From NCBI RefSeq assembly GCF_016623465.1, contig NZ_JAEDAJ010000010.1, positions 16,257 through 48,256 of the forward strand: a stretch of DNA of 32,000 nucleotides, written 5' to 3'. Source of the DNA: Brachybacterium halotolerans (GTDB lineage Bacteria; Actinomycetota; Actinomycetes; Actinomycetales; Dermabacteraceae). The notes under the pieces are model-generated. The model made no database searches. It had not been told where the DNA came from and was given only the letters and a program-made list of their open reading frames with translations. A program made the position numbers and the translations under genes. Positions 10,948-19,414 of the stretch are shown piece by piece (within the stretch, counting starts at the first letter, position 1; every line of letters begins with the position of its first letter).

Positions 10948-11781
10948 TCAGGCCCCGAACGGGTTCCAGTAGCGGCCGCCGTCGACGACGACCATGACGA
11001 TCGCGGCGGCGACCACCGCGGCCGCGCCCAGGATCGTGACCCAGTCCCTCGTGCGCATCGGCTTCACGTCGTACCAGGTGCGCCCGCGGCCGCGGCCGAA
11101 GCCGCGCAGCTCCATGGCGCTGGAGACCGTCTCGATGCGGTCCAGGGAGCCCAGCAGCAGGGGCATGAGGGTCGACACCACGTTGCGCACGCGCGTGACC
11201 AGCCCGACCTTCCGTGAGATGTCGAGACCACGGGCCTGCTGCGCCTGGGAGATCGTGCGCATCTCGCGCTGGATGTCCGGGATGAAGCGCAGGGCGAGGG
11301 AGACGGCGAAGGCGACCTTGTACGGGACGCCGATGCGGTGCAGGGACGAGGCGAACTCGGGCGGGCGCGTGGTCGCCACGAACAGCAGCACCGCCGGCAG
11401 CATCGCGAAGTACTTGAGGGTGACCGCGAGCTGATAGAACAGCTGCTCCTGCGTGAGGTCCCAGCGCCCGGGGCCGTCGACGATCACGTGCCGGGCGCCC
11501 AGCAGCTCGCTGCCGTAGCCCGGCGCGAACACGAAGATCAGCAGGTTGTTGAGCACCATGAAGGTGAGGATGATCCACAGCACCGTCGCCAGATCGCGCA
11601 GCCGGACCCGCGAGAGCGCCCAGCCGATCATCGACAGCACCCCGAGCGCCGCCAGGAAGCGCACGTCGAAGCTGATCATCGCCGCGAGCACCATCGCGAT
11701 CGTGAGCACGAGCTTCGCAGTGCCCGTGAGGGTGTGCAGCAGTCCGGGCCGCTCGACGTACCCGAGGAGGGGAGCGGTCAT
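10948..11781 (-). CDS. ecfT: Energy-coupling factor transporter transmembrane component (EcfT/CbiQ family)
   Basis: 277-aa polytopic protein with the family-typical PPEFASSLHRIGVPYKVAFAVSLALRFIPDIQREMRTISQAQQARG coupling-helix region. Its ATG overlaps the upstream stop codon (ATGA at 11778-11781). Confidence 0.85.
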   Translation of the reverse strand: MTAPLLGYVERPGLLHTLTGTAKLVLTIAMVLAAMISFDVRFLAALGVLSMIGWALSRVRLRDLATVLWIILTFMVLNNLLIFVFAPGYGSELLGARHVIVDGPGRWDLTQEQLFYQLAVTLKYFAMLPAVLLFVATTRPPEFASSLHRIGVPYKVAFAVSLALRFIPDIQREMRTISQAQQARGLDISRKVGLVTRVRNVVSTLMPLLLGSLDRIETVSSAMELRGFGRGRGRTWYDVKPMRTRDWVTILGAAAVVAAAIVMVVVDGGRYWNPFGA

Positions 11782-13610
11782 CGCGCACCCTCCCCGGGGT
11801 CCGCGCGGAGCGACCGCTCGGCGCGGTCCGCGGCCACGAAGCGGTGGACGAGCGCGATCGGGTCGGGGATCCCGCAGCGCCGGGCGAGGGTGAACAGGCC
11901 CGTGACCACGAGGTCCGCGCGCTCGGCGAGGGCCTCGTCGGTGAGCACGGCGGCGGGGTCCGTGTCGGCGAGGAGCTCTCCATCGGAGATCACGAGCACC
12001 CGGTCGGTGTATTCGAGGGCGAGGTGCATGTCGTGCGTGATCAGCAGGATCGTGGTGCCCTCCGCGTTGATCCGCGCGAGGAAGTCCATGAACTCGCTGT
12101 AGTGGGCGAAGTCCTGACCGGCCGTCGGCTCGTCGAGGATTAGGATCTCCGGCTCGAGCGCGAGCACGCAGGCGATGCTCAGCCGCTTCCTCTGCCCGTG
12201 GCTGAGGGCCGAGATCGGCCAGGAGCGCATCGGCCGCAGGTCCGTCACCTCGAGCACCCGCGCCGTGCGTCGCTCGATCTCCTCAGCGTCGAGGCCGCGT
12301 GCCCGGAGGCCGAGGCGGATCTCCTCCTCGAGCAGGGGCTGGGAGAGCATCTGACCGGGCTCCTGGAGGACGAAGCCCACGTGCGCGCCGTGCTCGGCCA
12401 GCGGCCAGGAGGCGGCGTCGGCCCCTGCGATCCGCACGACTCCCTCGGTGGCCTTCTCGAAGCCGCTGATCACGCGCGCGAGCGTCGACTTCCCCGCACC
12501 GTTGGAGCCGATCACGCCGAGCATCTCGCCGCGGCGGATCCGGGCCGTGATGCCCCGGAGCGCGCGGACGTCGGCCGAGGCGCCGGGGCGGCGCAGGATC
12601 GCGCCGACGCACTCGAGGTCCAGGGCTGGGACCTCGACGTCGGACGGGGGCCGGGCAGCGGTCGCGGACTTCCGGGACGGATCGGCCGGCGCGTGCTCGA
12701 CCCAGGTGCGCACGGCCTCTCTCTGCGCGGACGAGAGCTCCATGCGGGGAAGGTCCGCCGGATGTTGGCCGGCGGTGACCTGGGCGCCCGCGAGGCGCAG
12801 CGCCTCGACATGCAGGGGAGGGCGGATGCCGTGCTCGCGCAGGAGCGGTGAGGCGAGGAGCGCGTCGGGCGGGAGGTCGGCGATGATGCGGCCCTCGTCC
12901 ATGAGGACGATCCGGTCCAGCGGTCGGTGCAGGAGGTCCTCGAGCCGGTGCTCGACGACGATGATCGTGCGCCCCTGCTCGCGGTGCAGGTCGTCGATGA
13001 GCTCGACGGCCGCGCGGCCGGCCGCGGGGTCGAGCATCGCGAGCGGCTCGTCGAACAGGAGCATCTCGACGTCGTCCACGAGCACGCCGGCGATCGCGAC
13101 CCGCTGCTTCTGCCCCCCGGAGAGCTGCTGCGGGGAGGCGTCGAGGTGGTCGGCGATGCCGGCGGCGCGCGCGGCCTCGGCCACGCGGCCGGGCATCTGC
13201 GCGTGCGGGACCTGCTGGTTCTCGAGGCTGAAGGCCACGTCCTCGGCGACGGTCAGCCCCACGAACTGGCTGGAGGAGTCCTGCAGCACCGTGCCCACGC
13301 GCCGCGAGGTCTCGATGATCGGCGCGGCGCCGGGATCGGTCCCGAAGACCTCGATGCTCCCGCTCGCCTCTCCCGCGTGCACATGGGGGACGAGGCCATT
13401 GAGCGCCGCGAGGAGCGTCGACTTGCCGCATCCCGAGGGGCCGACGACGGCGATCTTCTCCCCGCGGCGCACCGTGAGGTCGATGCCGCGCAGCGTGGGC
13501 TCCGACTGGGCGCGATAGCGGAAGGAGAAGTCGCGGAGGCGGACGGGCACCTCTGCGTCGGGCCTGTCGGAGGTGGCGGACCCGCCCGACCTGGGGTTCT
13601 CGACGCTCAC
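11778..13610 (-). CDS. ECF transporter ATPase, fused A1-A2 (two ABC domains; YkoD-like architecture)
   Basis: GTG at 13610 overlaps the stop of the S-component gene (GTGA at 13607-13610). Walker A motifs are GPSGCGKST and GSNGAGKST. Signature motifs are LSGGQKQR and LSHGQRKR. Walker B motifs are LLFDEP and LILDEP. Confidence 0.9.
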   Translation of the reverse strand: MSVENPRSGGSATSDRPDAEVPVRLRDFSFRYRAQSEPTLRGIDLTVRRGEKIAVVGPSGCGKSTLLAALNGLVPHVHAGEASGSIEVFGTDPGAAPIIETSRRVGTVLQDSSSQFVGLTVAEDVAFSLENQQVPHAQMPGRVAEAARAAGIADHLDASPQQLSGGQKQRVAIAGVLVDDVEMLLFDEPLAMLDPAAGRAAVELIDDLHREQGRTIIVVEHRLEDLLHRPLDRIVLMDEGRIIADLPPDALLASPLLREHGIRPPLHVEALRLAGAQVTAGQHPADLPRMELSSAQREAVRTWVEHAPADPSRKSATAARPPSDVEVPALDLECVGAILRRPGASADVRALRGITARIRRGEMLGVIGSNGAGKSTLARVISGFEKATEGVVRIAGADAASWPLAEHGAHVGFVLQEPGQMLSQPLLEEEIRLGLRARGLDAEEIERRTARVLEVTDLRPMRSWPISALSHGQRKRLSIACVLALEPEILILDEPTAGQDFAHYSEFMDFLARINAEGTTILLITHDMHLALEYTDRVLVISDGELLADTDPAAVLTDEALAERADLVVTGLFTLARRCGIPDPIALVHRFVAADRAERSLRADPGEGAR

Positions 13611-14161
13611 CTGTCGAGCGTCAGGGAGCCGGTCCGGGTGCGCGAGCGGGCGTAGATCCCGAGGATGATCCCGCCCAGGACGGCAGCGGTCACCGAGTTC
13701 GCGACGAAGGCGAGGACCCCCTGCGTGAAGACCTTCGAGGCCGGCTCGCCCATGATCAGCACGTCGCCGATCGGCGCCCACAGCACCCAGGTGACGGCGT
13801 TCGCGATCGCGACGGCCAGGACGAACCGCACCAGGGTGCGGCGCGGGAACTCTCCCTCGCGCACATGGTTGTGGAGCATCACCAGGCCCACGATCAGGGC
13901 GAACACGGCGGTCCCGGTCTCCCAGGTGGGCCAGATGCCATATCCCGTCGCGTCGACGAGCACGTGACCGATGAGCCCTGCGAGCACGCCCACGAGCGGT
14001 CCGTAGAGCACTGCGAACACGGCCAGCACGGCGTACTGGAGGTTGATCGTGGTGTTCGGGATGGGCGTGGGGATCGCGAGGAAGCGACCGAGCACGAAGA
14101 ACAGCGCCGCGCCGATGCCGATCGCGACGACGCGGGTGACGGGGGAGATGCGCGGGCTCAT
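13607..14161 (-). CDS. ECF transporter S (substrate-capture) component, UPF0397/YkoE-like
   Basis: ATG at 14161 overlaps the stop of the upstream gene (ATGA at 14158-14161). The 184-aa product has about 6 TM helices. VVAIGIGAALFFVLGRFLAIPTPIPNTTINLQYAVLAVFAVLYGPLVGVLAGLIGHVLVDAT resembles my recollection of the UPF0397-type S-component N-terminal region. Confidence 0.8.
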   Translation of the reverse strand: MSPRISPVTRVVAIGIGAALFFVLGRFLAIPTPIPNTTINLQYAVLAVFAVLYGPLVGVLAGLIGHVLVDATGYGIWPTWETGTAVFALIVGLVMLHNHVREGEFPRRTLVRFVLAVAIANAVTWVLWAPIGDVLIMGEPASKVFTQGVLAFVANSVTAAVLGGIILGIYARSRTRTGSLTLDR

Positions 14162-15027
14162 GGACGGCTCCGATCCTCGGACGGTGCGGGGCGGACGGGC
14201 TCGAGGGCGACCTCCCACGAGGAGCCCGTGCCCAGGTCGAACGCGCGGGCGTAGGAGCCGCGATTGATCGCGACCGCCATCCGGTCCAGCGAGTTCACGT
14301 AGATGAGGGACTCGCCGAGCTCGACCGCGGCGAAGCTCGGGGCGAAGGTCATCTGCGCGGAGTGGACCACGCGCCCCTGGTGCCGCACGCGCAGCTGGAC
14401 CCGTTCGCCGTGGCGGACGCCGAGCCGTGCGAACAGCGTGCGCGGGATCGAGGTCCACAGGGACCCGTAGCGCACGTCGAGGACGTCGATGGATCCGTGG
14501 ACGGCGCCCTCGCGCAGCTCGGGCTCGAGCAGGGGGAGGGCGACCATGCGCTCGAGCGGGACCTCGGGGCCGACGTTCTCGAAGGCGATCGCCCCGGAGG
14601 CCAGACGGGCGCCCGTGAACGCGTAGATGTCCCTGCCGTGGAACGTGTACGACTCCTCGGAGCCGGCCCGACGGTTCACGGTCTCGTCGATCTGGCGCAG
14701 GTCGGTGACGCCGAAGATCGCGTGGAGGTGCGTGAGGGTGCCGTTGTCCGGCGTGACGACGAGGTGGCCCGTGGCGGTGCGCGCGACGACCGAGAGCCGG
14801 TCCGAGCCGACGCCGGGGTCGACGACGGAGACGAACACCGTCCCCTCCGGCCAGTACGAGACCACCTGGGCGAGACGGTACGAGCCCTCCCAGATGTCGT
14901 AGGGCGGGATGTTGTGGGTCAGGTCGTGGATGCGCAGCTGAGGATCGACGCCGACCGCGACGCCCTGCATCGCGCTGACGGCGCCGTCGTCGAGACCGAA
15001 ATCGGATTGCAGGACGAGTGGATTCAC
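14158..15027 (-). CDS. S-adenosyl-L-methionine hydrolase (SAM:hydroxide adenosyltransferase, DUF62 / fluorinase-chlorinase superfamily)
   Basis: GTG start at 15027. The N-terminus is NPLVLQSDFGLDDGAVSAMQGV. FVSVVDPGVGSDR and YTFHGRDIYAF supply the Asp/Arg/His triad seen in the hydrolytic DUF62 clade. Length is 289 aa. Confidence 0.85.
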   Translation of the reverse strand: MNPLVLQSDFGLDDGAVSAMQGVAVGVDPQLRIHDLTHNIPPYDIWEGSYRLAQVVSYWPEGTVFVSVVDPGVGSDRLSVVARTATGHLVVTPDNGTLTHLHAIFGVTDLRQIDETVNRRAGSEESYTFHGRDIYAFTGARLASGAIAFENVGPEVPLERMVALPLLEPELREGAVHGSIDVLDVRYGSLWTSIPRTLFARLGVRHGERVQLRVRHQGRVVHSAQMTFAPSFAAVELGESLIYVNSLDRMAVAINRGSYARAFDLGTGSSWEVALEPVRPAPSEDRSRP

Positions 15028-15048
15028 ACGGGAAGTATCGCAGGCGGA

Positions 15049-15071
15049 GGGACGGCGGGCACGGCCGTCCC
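15049..15071 (-). promoter_or_regulatory. Stem-loop in the leader of the DUF62-ECF operon
   Basis: On the mRNA strand the sequence is GGGACGGC-cgugccc-GCCGUCCC, immediately followed by UCCGCC. It ends 21 nt upstream of the GTG. No SD is visible at the start codon. Function is unknown. Confidence 0.3.
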
Positions 15072-15206
15072 GACGTCCAATTCATCCGGGTTCATCCTGC
15101 TGTGGACGCGGGTCTCCGAGCTGTGTGGGGGACGGGGGTCCGCACCGGTCCGGACCAGCCCGCACAGACCGGGAAGGTCTCGGGAGGTCCGCGCGTTGGG
15201 AGGGGC

Positions 15207-16175
15207 GTGAGGTACTCCCTGCTGGACCGCTCCCACACGCGCGAGAGGCGCCCCGAGGCCGCCGCCCTGCGCGACAGCGTGGAGCGGGCCGTCGCGGCGG
15301 AGCCCCTGGGCTACCACCGCTTCTGGGTGGCCGAGCACCATGGTGTGCCGGGCATCGCGAGCGGCTCCCCGCCGGTGCTGCTTGCGGCGATCGGGCAGCG
15401 CACGGAGCGGATCCGGCTCGGCTCCGGCGGGGTGATGCTCCCCAACCACCGCCCGCTCGTCGTCGCCGAGCAGTTCCTCATGCTCGAGGCGCTGGCGCCC
15501 GGTCGCGTGGACCTCGGCATCGGTCGCTCGCTCGGCTTCACGGCGCCTGTGCGCGAGGCGCTCGGCCGCGCCCGGATCACCGCCGACGAGTTCGCCGATG
15601 AGGTCGCCCGCGTGCGCGCGCACCTCGAGGGCGAGGCGCCGGTCACCGCCCGCCCGGCGGGAGGATCCCCGCCGCCGATCCATCTGCTCGCCACCGGCTC
15701 CGGGCTGCGCACCGCGGCCCGCCTGGGGCTCGCCGTGGTGATCGGAGGGCCCGTGCTGCTCGGCGAGGACCTCGGGGAGCGGATCGCCGCCTACCGCCGG
15801 GAGTTCCGTCCGCATGCGGGCAGCGTCCCGCACGTGATGCTCTCGATGGACCTGCTGGTCGCCGGCACCGACGCCGAGGCCCGCGAGCTCGCCCTGCCCG
15901 AGGTCTGGGCGATGGTCCGTTCTCGCGAGACCGGTGCGTTCCCTCCGTTGGAGAGCCCCGCGAGCATCCGGGAGCGCGCGCTCGGATCACGCGAGCGCGA
16001 CCGGCTCGAGGCAGGGCTCGACGCCTCGTGGGCGGGCAGCGCGTCGACGCTGCGCCCCCGCCTCGAGAGCCTCGTGGAGACCACGGGGGCCGACGAGATC
16101 CTCGCTTCCGGGGCGACCTTCGACCGGGCGGCGCTCGCCGACTCCGATGCCCGGGTCGCCGCGCTGCTGGGGTGA
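15207..16175 (+). CDS. LLM-class (luciferase-like) flavin-dependent oxidoreductase, group-1/YhbW-like
   Basis: GTG at 15207 follows GGGAGG. The N-terminus VRYSLLDRS fits the usual M-x-x-S-x-L-D start of this family. It also carries HRFWVAEHHGVPGIASGSPPVLLAAIGQRTERIRLGSGGVMLPNHRPLVVAEQF. Confidence 0.85.
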   Translation: MRYSLLDRSHTRERRPEAAALRDSVERAVAAEPLGYHRFWVAEHHGVPGIASGSPPVLLAAIGQRTERIRLGSGGVMLPNHRPLVVAEQFLMLEALAPGRVDLGIGRSLGFTAPVREALGRARITADEFADEVARVRAHLEGEAPVTARPAGGSPPPIHLLATGSGLRTAARLGLAVVIGGPVLLGEDLGERIAAYRREFRPHAGSVPHVMLSMDLLVAGTDAEARELALPEVWAMVRSRETGAFPPLESPASIRERALGSRERDRLEAGLDASWAGSASTLRPRLESLVETTGADEILASGATFDRAALADSDARVAALLG

Positions 16176-16233
16176 GGATCCGGCCCGGAGTGCGGGACCG
16201 GCCCGATGGCCGCGGTGGACGTGAGCCGGCCGC

Positions 16234-16737
16234 TCAGCCCTCGGCCGGCGGCGCCAGGTCCTTGCGGAAGCAGACGCTGATGCCGTCGCTCGGGTCGTAG
16301 GGCGCGAACACCTCCACGTGCTCCCAGCCCTCCCGCTCGTACAGCGCGATCGCGTCGGGCTGGCGATTCCCCGTCTGCAGGAACAGCTCGACGGCGCCCC
16401 GCGCACGGGCGGCGTTCTCGAGGTGGGCGAGGATCGCCCGCGCGAGGCCCAAGCGGCGGAACGCGGGGCCGACGAACAGCCGCTTGACCTCGAGTCGCTC
16501 GGGGAGGCGGCGCAGCGTGCCGGTGGCCGCGGCCTCGCCGTCGACGAGCGCGAGCACGACCGTCTCCACGTCGTCGCCCGTCGGCCGTCCCGGAGGGGTC
16601 GAGGCGCCGCGGATCGGCACGTAGCGCGGGCCGACCTCGGCGTCCATCGCGTTGCGCAGCGCGGCCGCGCGCGAATCCTCCCAGGACACCTCCTCCCAGG
16701 TGATGGAGGGGGTGGGCGTGGTGCGGGTGTCGGTCAT
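16234..16737 (-). CDS. GNAT family N-acetyltransferase (last gene of the seven-gene operon)
   Basis: 167-aa ORF. The core motif is VKRLFVGPAFRRLGLARAILAHLENAARARG, followed by AIALYEREGWE. Its ATG overlaps the ATPase stop codon (ATGA at 16734-16737). Confidence 0.85.
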   Translation of the reverse strand: MTDTRTTPTPSITWEEVSWEDSRAAALRNAMDAEVGPRYVPIRGASTPPGRPTGDDVETVVLALVDGEAAATGTLRRLPERLEVKRLFVGPAFRRLGLARAILAHLENAARARGAVELFLQTGNRQPDAIALYEREGWEHVEVFAPYDPSDGISVCFRKDLAPPAEG

Positions 16738-18521
16738 GCGGTGGCCTCCAGGATCCCGTCGCCGGGCGTGCTCGCTGTGCTCCCCGTGCTCCCCGTGCTC
16801 TGTGTGCGAGTCGTCCTCTCCGCGCCCGCGACGTGCGCGGGGATCGAGGCGAGCAGACGCTGCGTGTACTCGTGCTGCGGGTCGGCGAAGACGCGCACGG
16901 CCTCGCCCTCCTCGACGACCTCGCCGCGGCGCAGCACGGTGAGGGTGTCGGCGACCTGCCGGACCACGCCCAGGTCGTGGGAGATGAACAGGTAGGTGAG
17001 GCCCAGGTCCTTCTGCAGGCGCACGAGCACCTCGAGGATCCCGGCCTGCACCGTGACGTCCAGGGCGCTCGTCGGCTCGTCGAGGACCAGCACTTCGGGG
17101 CGCAGCACCAGGGCGCGGGCGATCGCGACGCGCTGGCGCTGCCCTCCCGAGAGGGCCGTCGGCCGCCTGCCCAGGAGCTCCTCGTCGAGGCGCACCGCGG
17201 CGAGCGCCCAGCTCACGCGCTCCTCGCGCGCGGCGGCATCGCCCACGCGGTACATGTCGAGGGGCTCGCGGACGATCCGGCCCACGGTGAAGCGCGGGTC
17301 GAGCGAGGTGAAGGGGTTCTGATGGACCAGCTGCAGGTCGCGCCGCAGGGCGCGCAGCGCGCGGGGGTCCGACGGGTCGACCGTCCGGCCGTCGACCTCG
17401 AGGGCCCCGGCGTCCAGGCGCTCGAGCCCGAGCAGGGCCCGGGCCGCTGTGGTCTTCCCCGAGCCCGACTCGCCGACGAGCGCGTGGGTGGTCCCGCGCG
17501 CGATCGAGAAGGACACCCCGTGAAGCGCCCGGATCTCGTGGCCGCCGGTGCTGCGGAACGTCCGGGTGATGTCGCGGGCAGTGACACGGGGCGCCGTGGC
17601 GGGCGGGGCTCCGCCGCCCTCCCCGAGGTCCCGGGCGGCGCGCAGGTCGGCGAAGCGATCGGGGTGCAGGCCGGGGACGTCGGCCTGCAGGCGCCGGGTG
17701 TACTCCGAGCGCGGGTGGGCGAAGACCTCGGCGGTGGGGCCCGCCTCCTGGATGGTGCCGCCCGAGAGGACGACGACCTGCTGGGAGCGCTCGGCCGCGA
17801 GGGCGAGGTCATGGGTGATCAGCAGCAGGCCGATGCCGAGCTCGTCCTGGAGGGACGTCAGCAGGTCCAGGATCTGCTTCTGGACGGTGACGTCGAGGGC
17901 GCTCGTGGGCTCGTCGGCCACGAGCAGTGCGGGGCCCGGGATGATCGCCAGCGCGATGAGCACGCGCTGCAGCTGTCCGCCGGAGAGCTGGTGCGGGTAG
18001 GAGGCGGCGATCCGCTCCGGGTCCGTGAGTCCCGCCCGTTCGAGCCCCTCGCGCACGAGAGCCTCGCGTGCGGCCCGGCTGCGGGCCTCCGGCACGAGCG
18101 CCGCGGCCTCGAGGGCCTGGGAGCCGATGGTGCGCACGGGGTTCAGGGCGCTGCCGGGGTCCTGCGGGACGAAGCCCAGCACCCGTCCGCGCAGGGGACG
18201 CAGGGCGTGCTCGCGCAGGCGGGAGATCTCCCGGCCGCGCAGGCGGACGCTGCCCTCGACGCGGGCGCCGCGGCGCTCGAGCAGGCGGAGGACGGCCCGG
18301 GCGATCGTCGACTTGCCCGAGCCGGACTCGCCGATCAGGGCGAGGGTCGAGCCCGCGGGGACGGAGAAGGACACGTCGCGGACGACCTCGCGGGCCGCGG
18401 CTCGCTCGCCGTAGGTGACGCGCAGGTGCTCGACGGTCAGCAGGGGAGCGGTGCCGTGCTCGGTGTCGCCCGCGGTGGTGCTCCCTGCGTCGGGGCGGGT
18501 GTCGGTGTCGGCGGAGGTCAT
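16734..18521 (-). CDS. Peptide/opine/nickel-type ABC transporter ATP-binding protein, fused double ATPase (DppD-DppF-like)
   Basis: ATG at 18521 overlaps the upstream stop codon (ATGA at 18518-18521). It has two GESGSGKST Walker A motifs, the signatures LSGGQLQR and LSGGQRQR, and two Walker B motifs. Confidence 0.9.
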   Translation of the reverse strand: MTSADTDTRPDAGSTTAGDTEHGTAPLLTVEHLRVTYGERAAAREVVRDVSFSVPAGSTLALIGESGSGKSTIARAVLRLLERRGARVEGSVRLRGREISRLREHALRPLRGRVLGFVPQDPGSALNPVRTIGSQALEAAALVPEARSRAAREALVREGLERAGLTDPERIAASYPHQLSGGQLQRVLIALAIIPGPALLVADEPTSALDVTVQKQILDLLTSLQDELGIGLLLITHDLALAAERSQQVVVLSGGTIQEAGPTAEVFAHPRSEYTRRLQADVPGLHPDRFADLRAARDLGEGGGAPPATAPRVTARDITRTFRSTGGHEIRALHGVSFSIARGTTHALVGESGSGKTTAARALLGLERLDAGALEVDGRTVDPSDPRALRALRRDLQLVHQNPFTSLDPRFTVGRIVREPLDMYRVGDAAAREERVSWALAAVRLDEELLGRRPTALSGGQRQRVAIARALVLRPEVLVLDEPTSALDVTVQAGILEVLVRLQKDLGLTYLFISHDLGVVRQVADTLTVLRRGEVVEEGEAVRVFADPQHEYTQRLLASIPAHVAGAERTTRTQSTGSTGSTASTPGDGILEATA

Positions 18522-19414
18522 CGGTTCCTCTCGGTGTCGATGAAGCGGCTGAGACGGCTCACGGAGAGCACGACAATCGCGATCACGAGGCCGGGAGCGA
18601 TCACCAGCCAGGGCGCGTGCAGGAGATGCTCGCGTCCGTCGGCCACCAGCAGCCCCCAGTCGGAGGCCGGCGGCGGATCGCCGTAGCCCAGGAACGCGAG
18701 GCCCGCGATGGTGAGGATCGCGAGGCCGAACTGGAGGACGGCGAGGGACAGCACGGGACGCACGGCGTTCGGCAGCACGTGGCGGATCAGGATGTACGCG
18801 TCCGAGCCGCCGTTCAGGCGGGCGGCCTCTATGAACACGCTCGTGCGCACGCGCAGGACCTCCGCGCGCATGAGCCGGGCGAACACCGCCACCGCGGAGA
18901 CGCCGGTCGCGATCGCGGCGTTGCGGGTGTCGTACCCGAGCGCCGTGACCACGACCACGGCGAGCAGGAAGCTCGGGATCGCCAGCAGCACGTCGACCAG
19001 GCGCCCCAGGACCGCGTCGGCCCAGCCGCCCGCGTACCCGGCGACGAGGCCGATCGCCCCTCCCACGAGCACGCCGATCGCGACCGCGATCAGGGCGCTG
19101 GTCATCGAGGAGGCCGAGCCGTGGATGATGCGCGAGAGCAGGTCCCGGCCCAGGTGGTCGGTGCCCAGCAGGTACTGCCACCCGGGCGGCGTGAACTTCC
19201 GGTCGGGCACGCCGACGGCCGGGTCCGCGCTCGTGAACAGTCCCGGTGCGAGCGAGAACGCGAGCACGAGGAGGAGCACGGCGATGGACAGCCACACGGT
19301 CAGCGGCAGGCGCCGCAGACCGCGCAGCCGTGACCCTGCCTGCGCGGGGGCGCCGGCCGGCGCGTGCTCGGGCGAGCCCGAGGGGTCGCCGGTGGTGAGG
19401 ACCGCTGCGGTCAT
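18518..19414 (-). CDS. ABC transporter permease (DppC/OppC-like)
   Basis: ATG at 19414 overlaps the upstream stop codon (ATGA at 19411-19414). It carries YLLGTDHLGRDLLSRIIHGS and an EAARLNG..YILIRHVLPN EAA-loop region. Confidence 0.9.
   Translation of the reverse strand: MTAAVLTTGDPSGSPEHAPAGAPAQAGSRLRGLRRLPLTVWLSIAVLLLVLAFSLAPGLFTSADPAVGVPDRKFTPPGWQYLLGTDHLGRDLLSRIIHGSASSMTSALIAVAIGVLVGGAIGLVAGYAGGWADAVLGRLVDVLLAIPSFLLAVVVVTALGYDTRNAAIATGVSAVAVFARLMRAEVLRVRTSVFIEAARLNGGSDAYILIRHVLPNAVRPVLSLAVLQFGLAILTIAGLAFLGYGDPPPASDWGLLVADGREHLLHAPWLVIAPGLVIAIVVLSVSRLSRFIDTERNR

Noticed and set aside
15075-15125. A possible THI-box (TPP riboswitch) upstream of the ykoEDC-like ECF operon
   Set aside because: The only resemblance is CUCGGAGACCC...GAACCCGGAUGAAUUGGACGUCGGGA. 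The invariant CUGAGA and ACCUGAUCUGGAUAAUGCCAGCG pairing elements are not present. SAM-I and SAM-IV style cores (for example GCAACC) were also not seen. A covariance-model scan would be needed to settle this.
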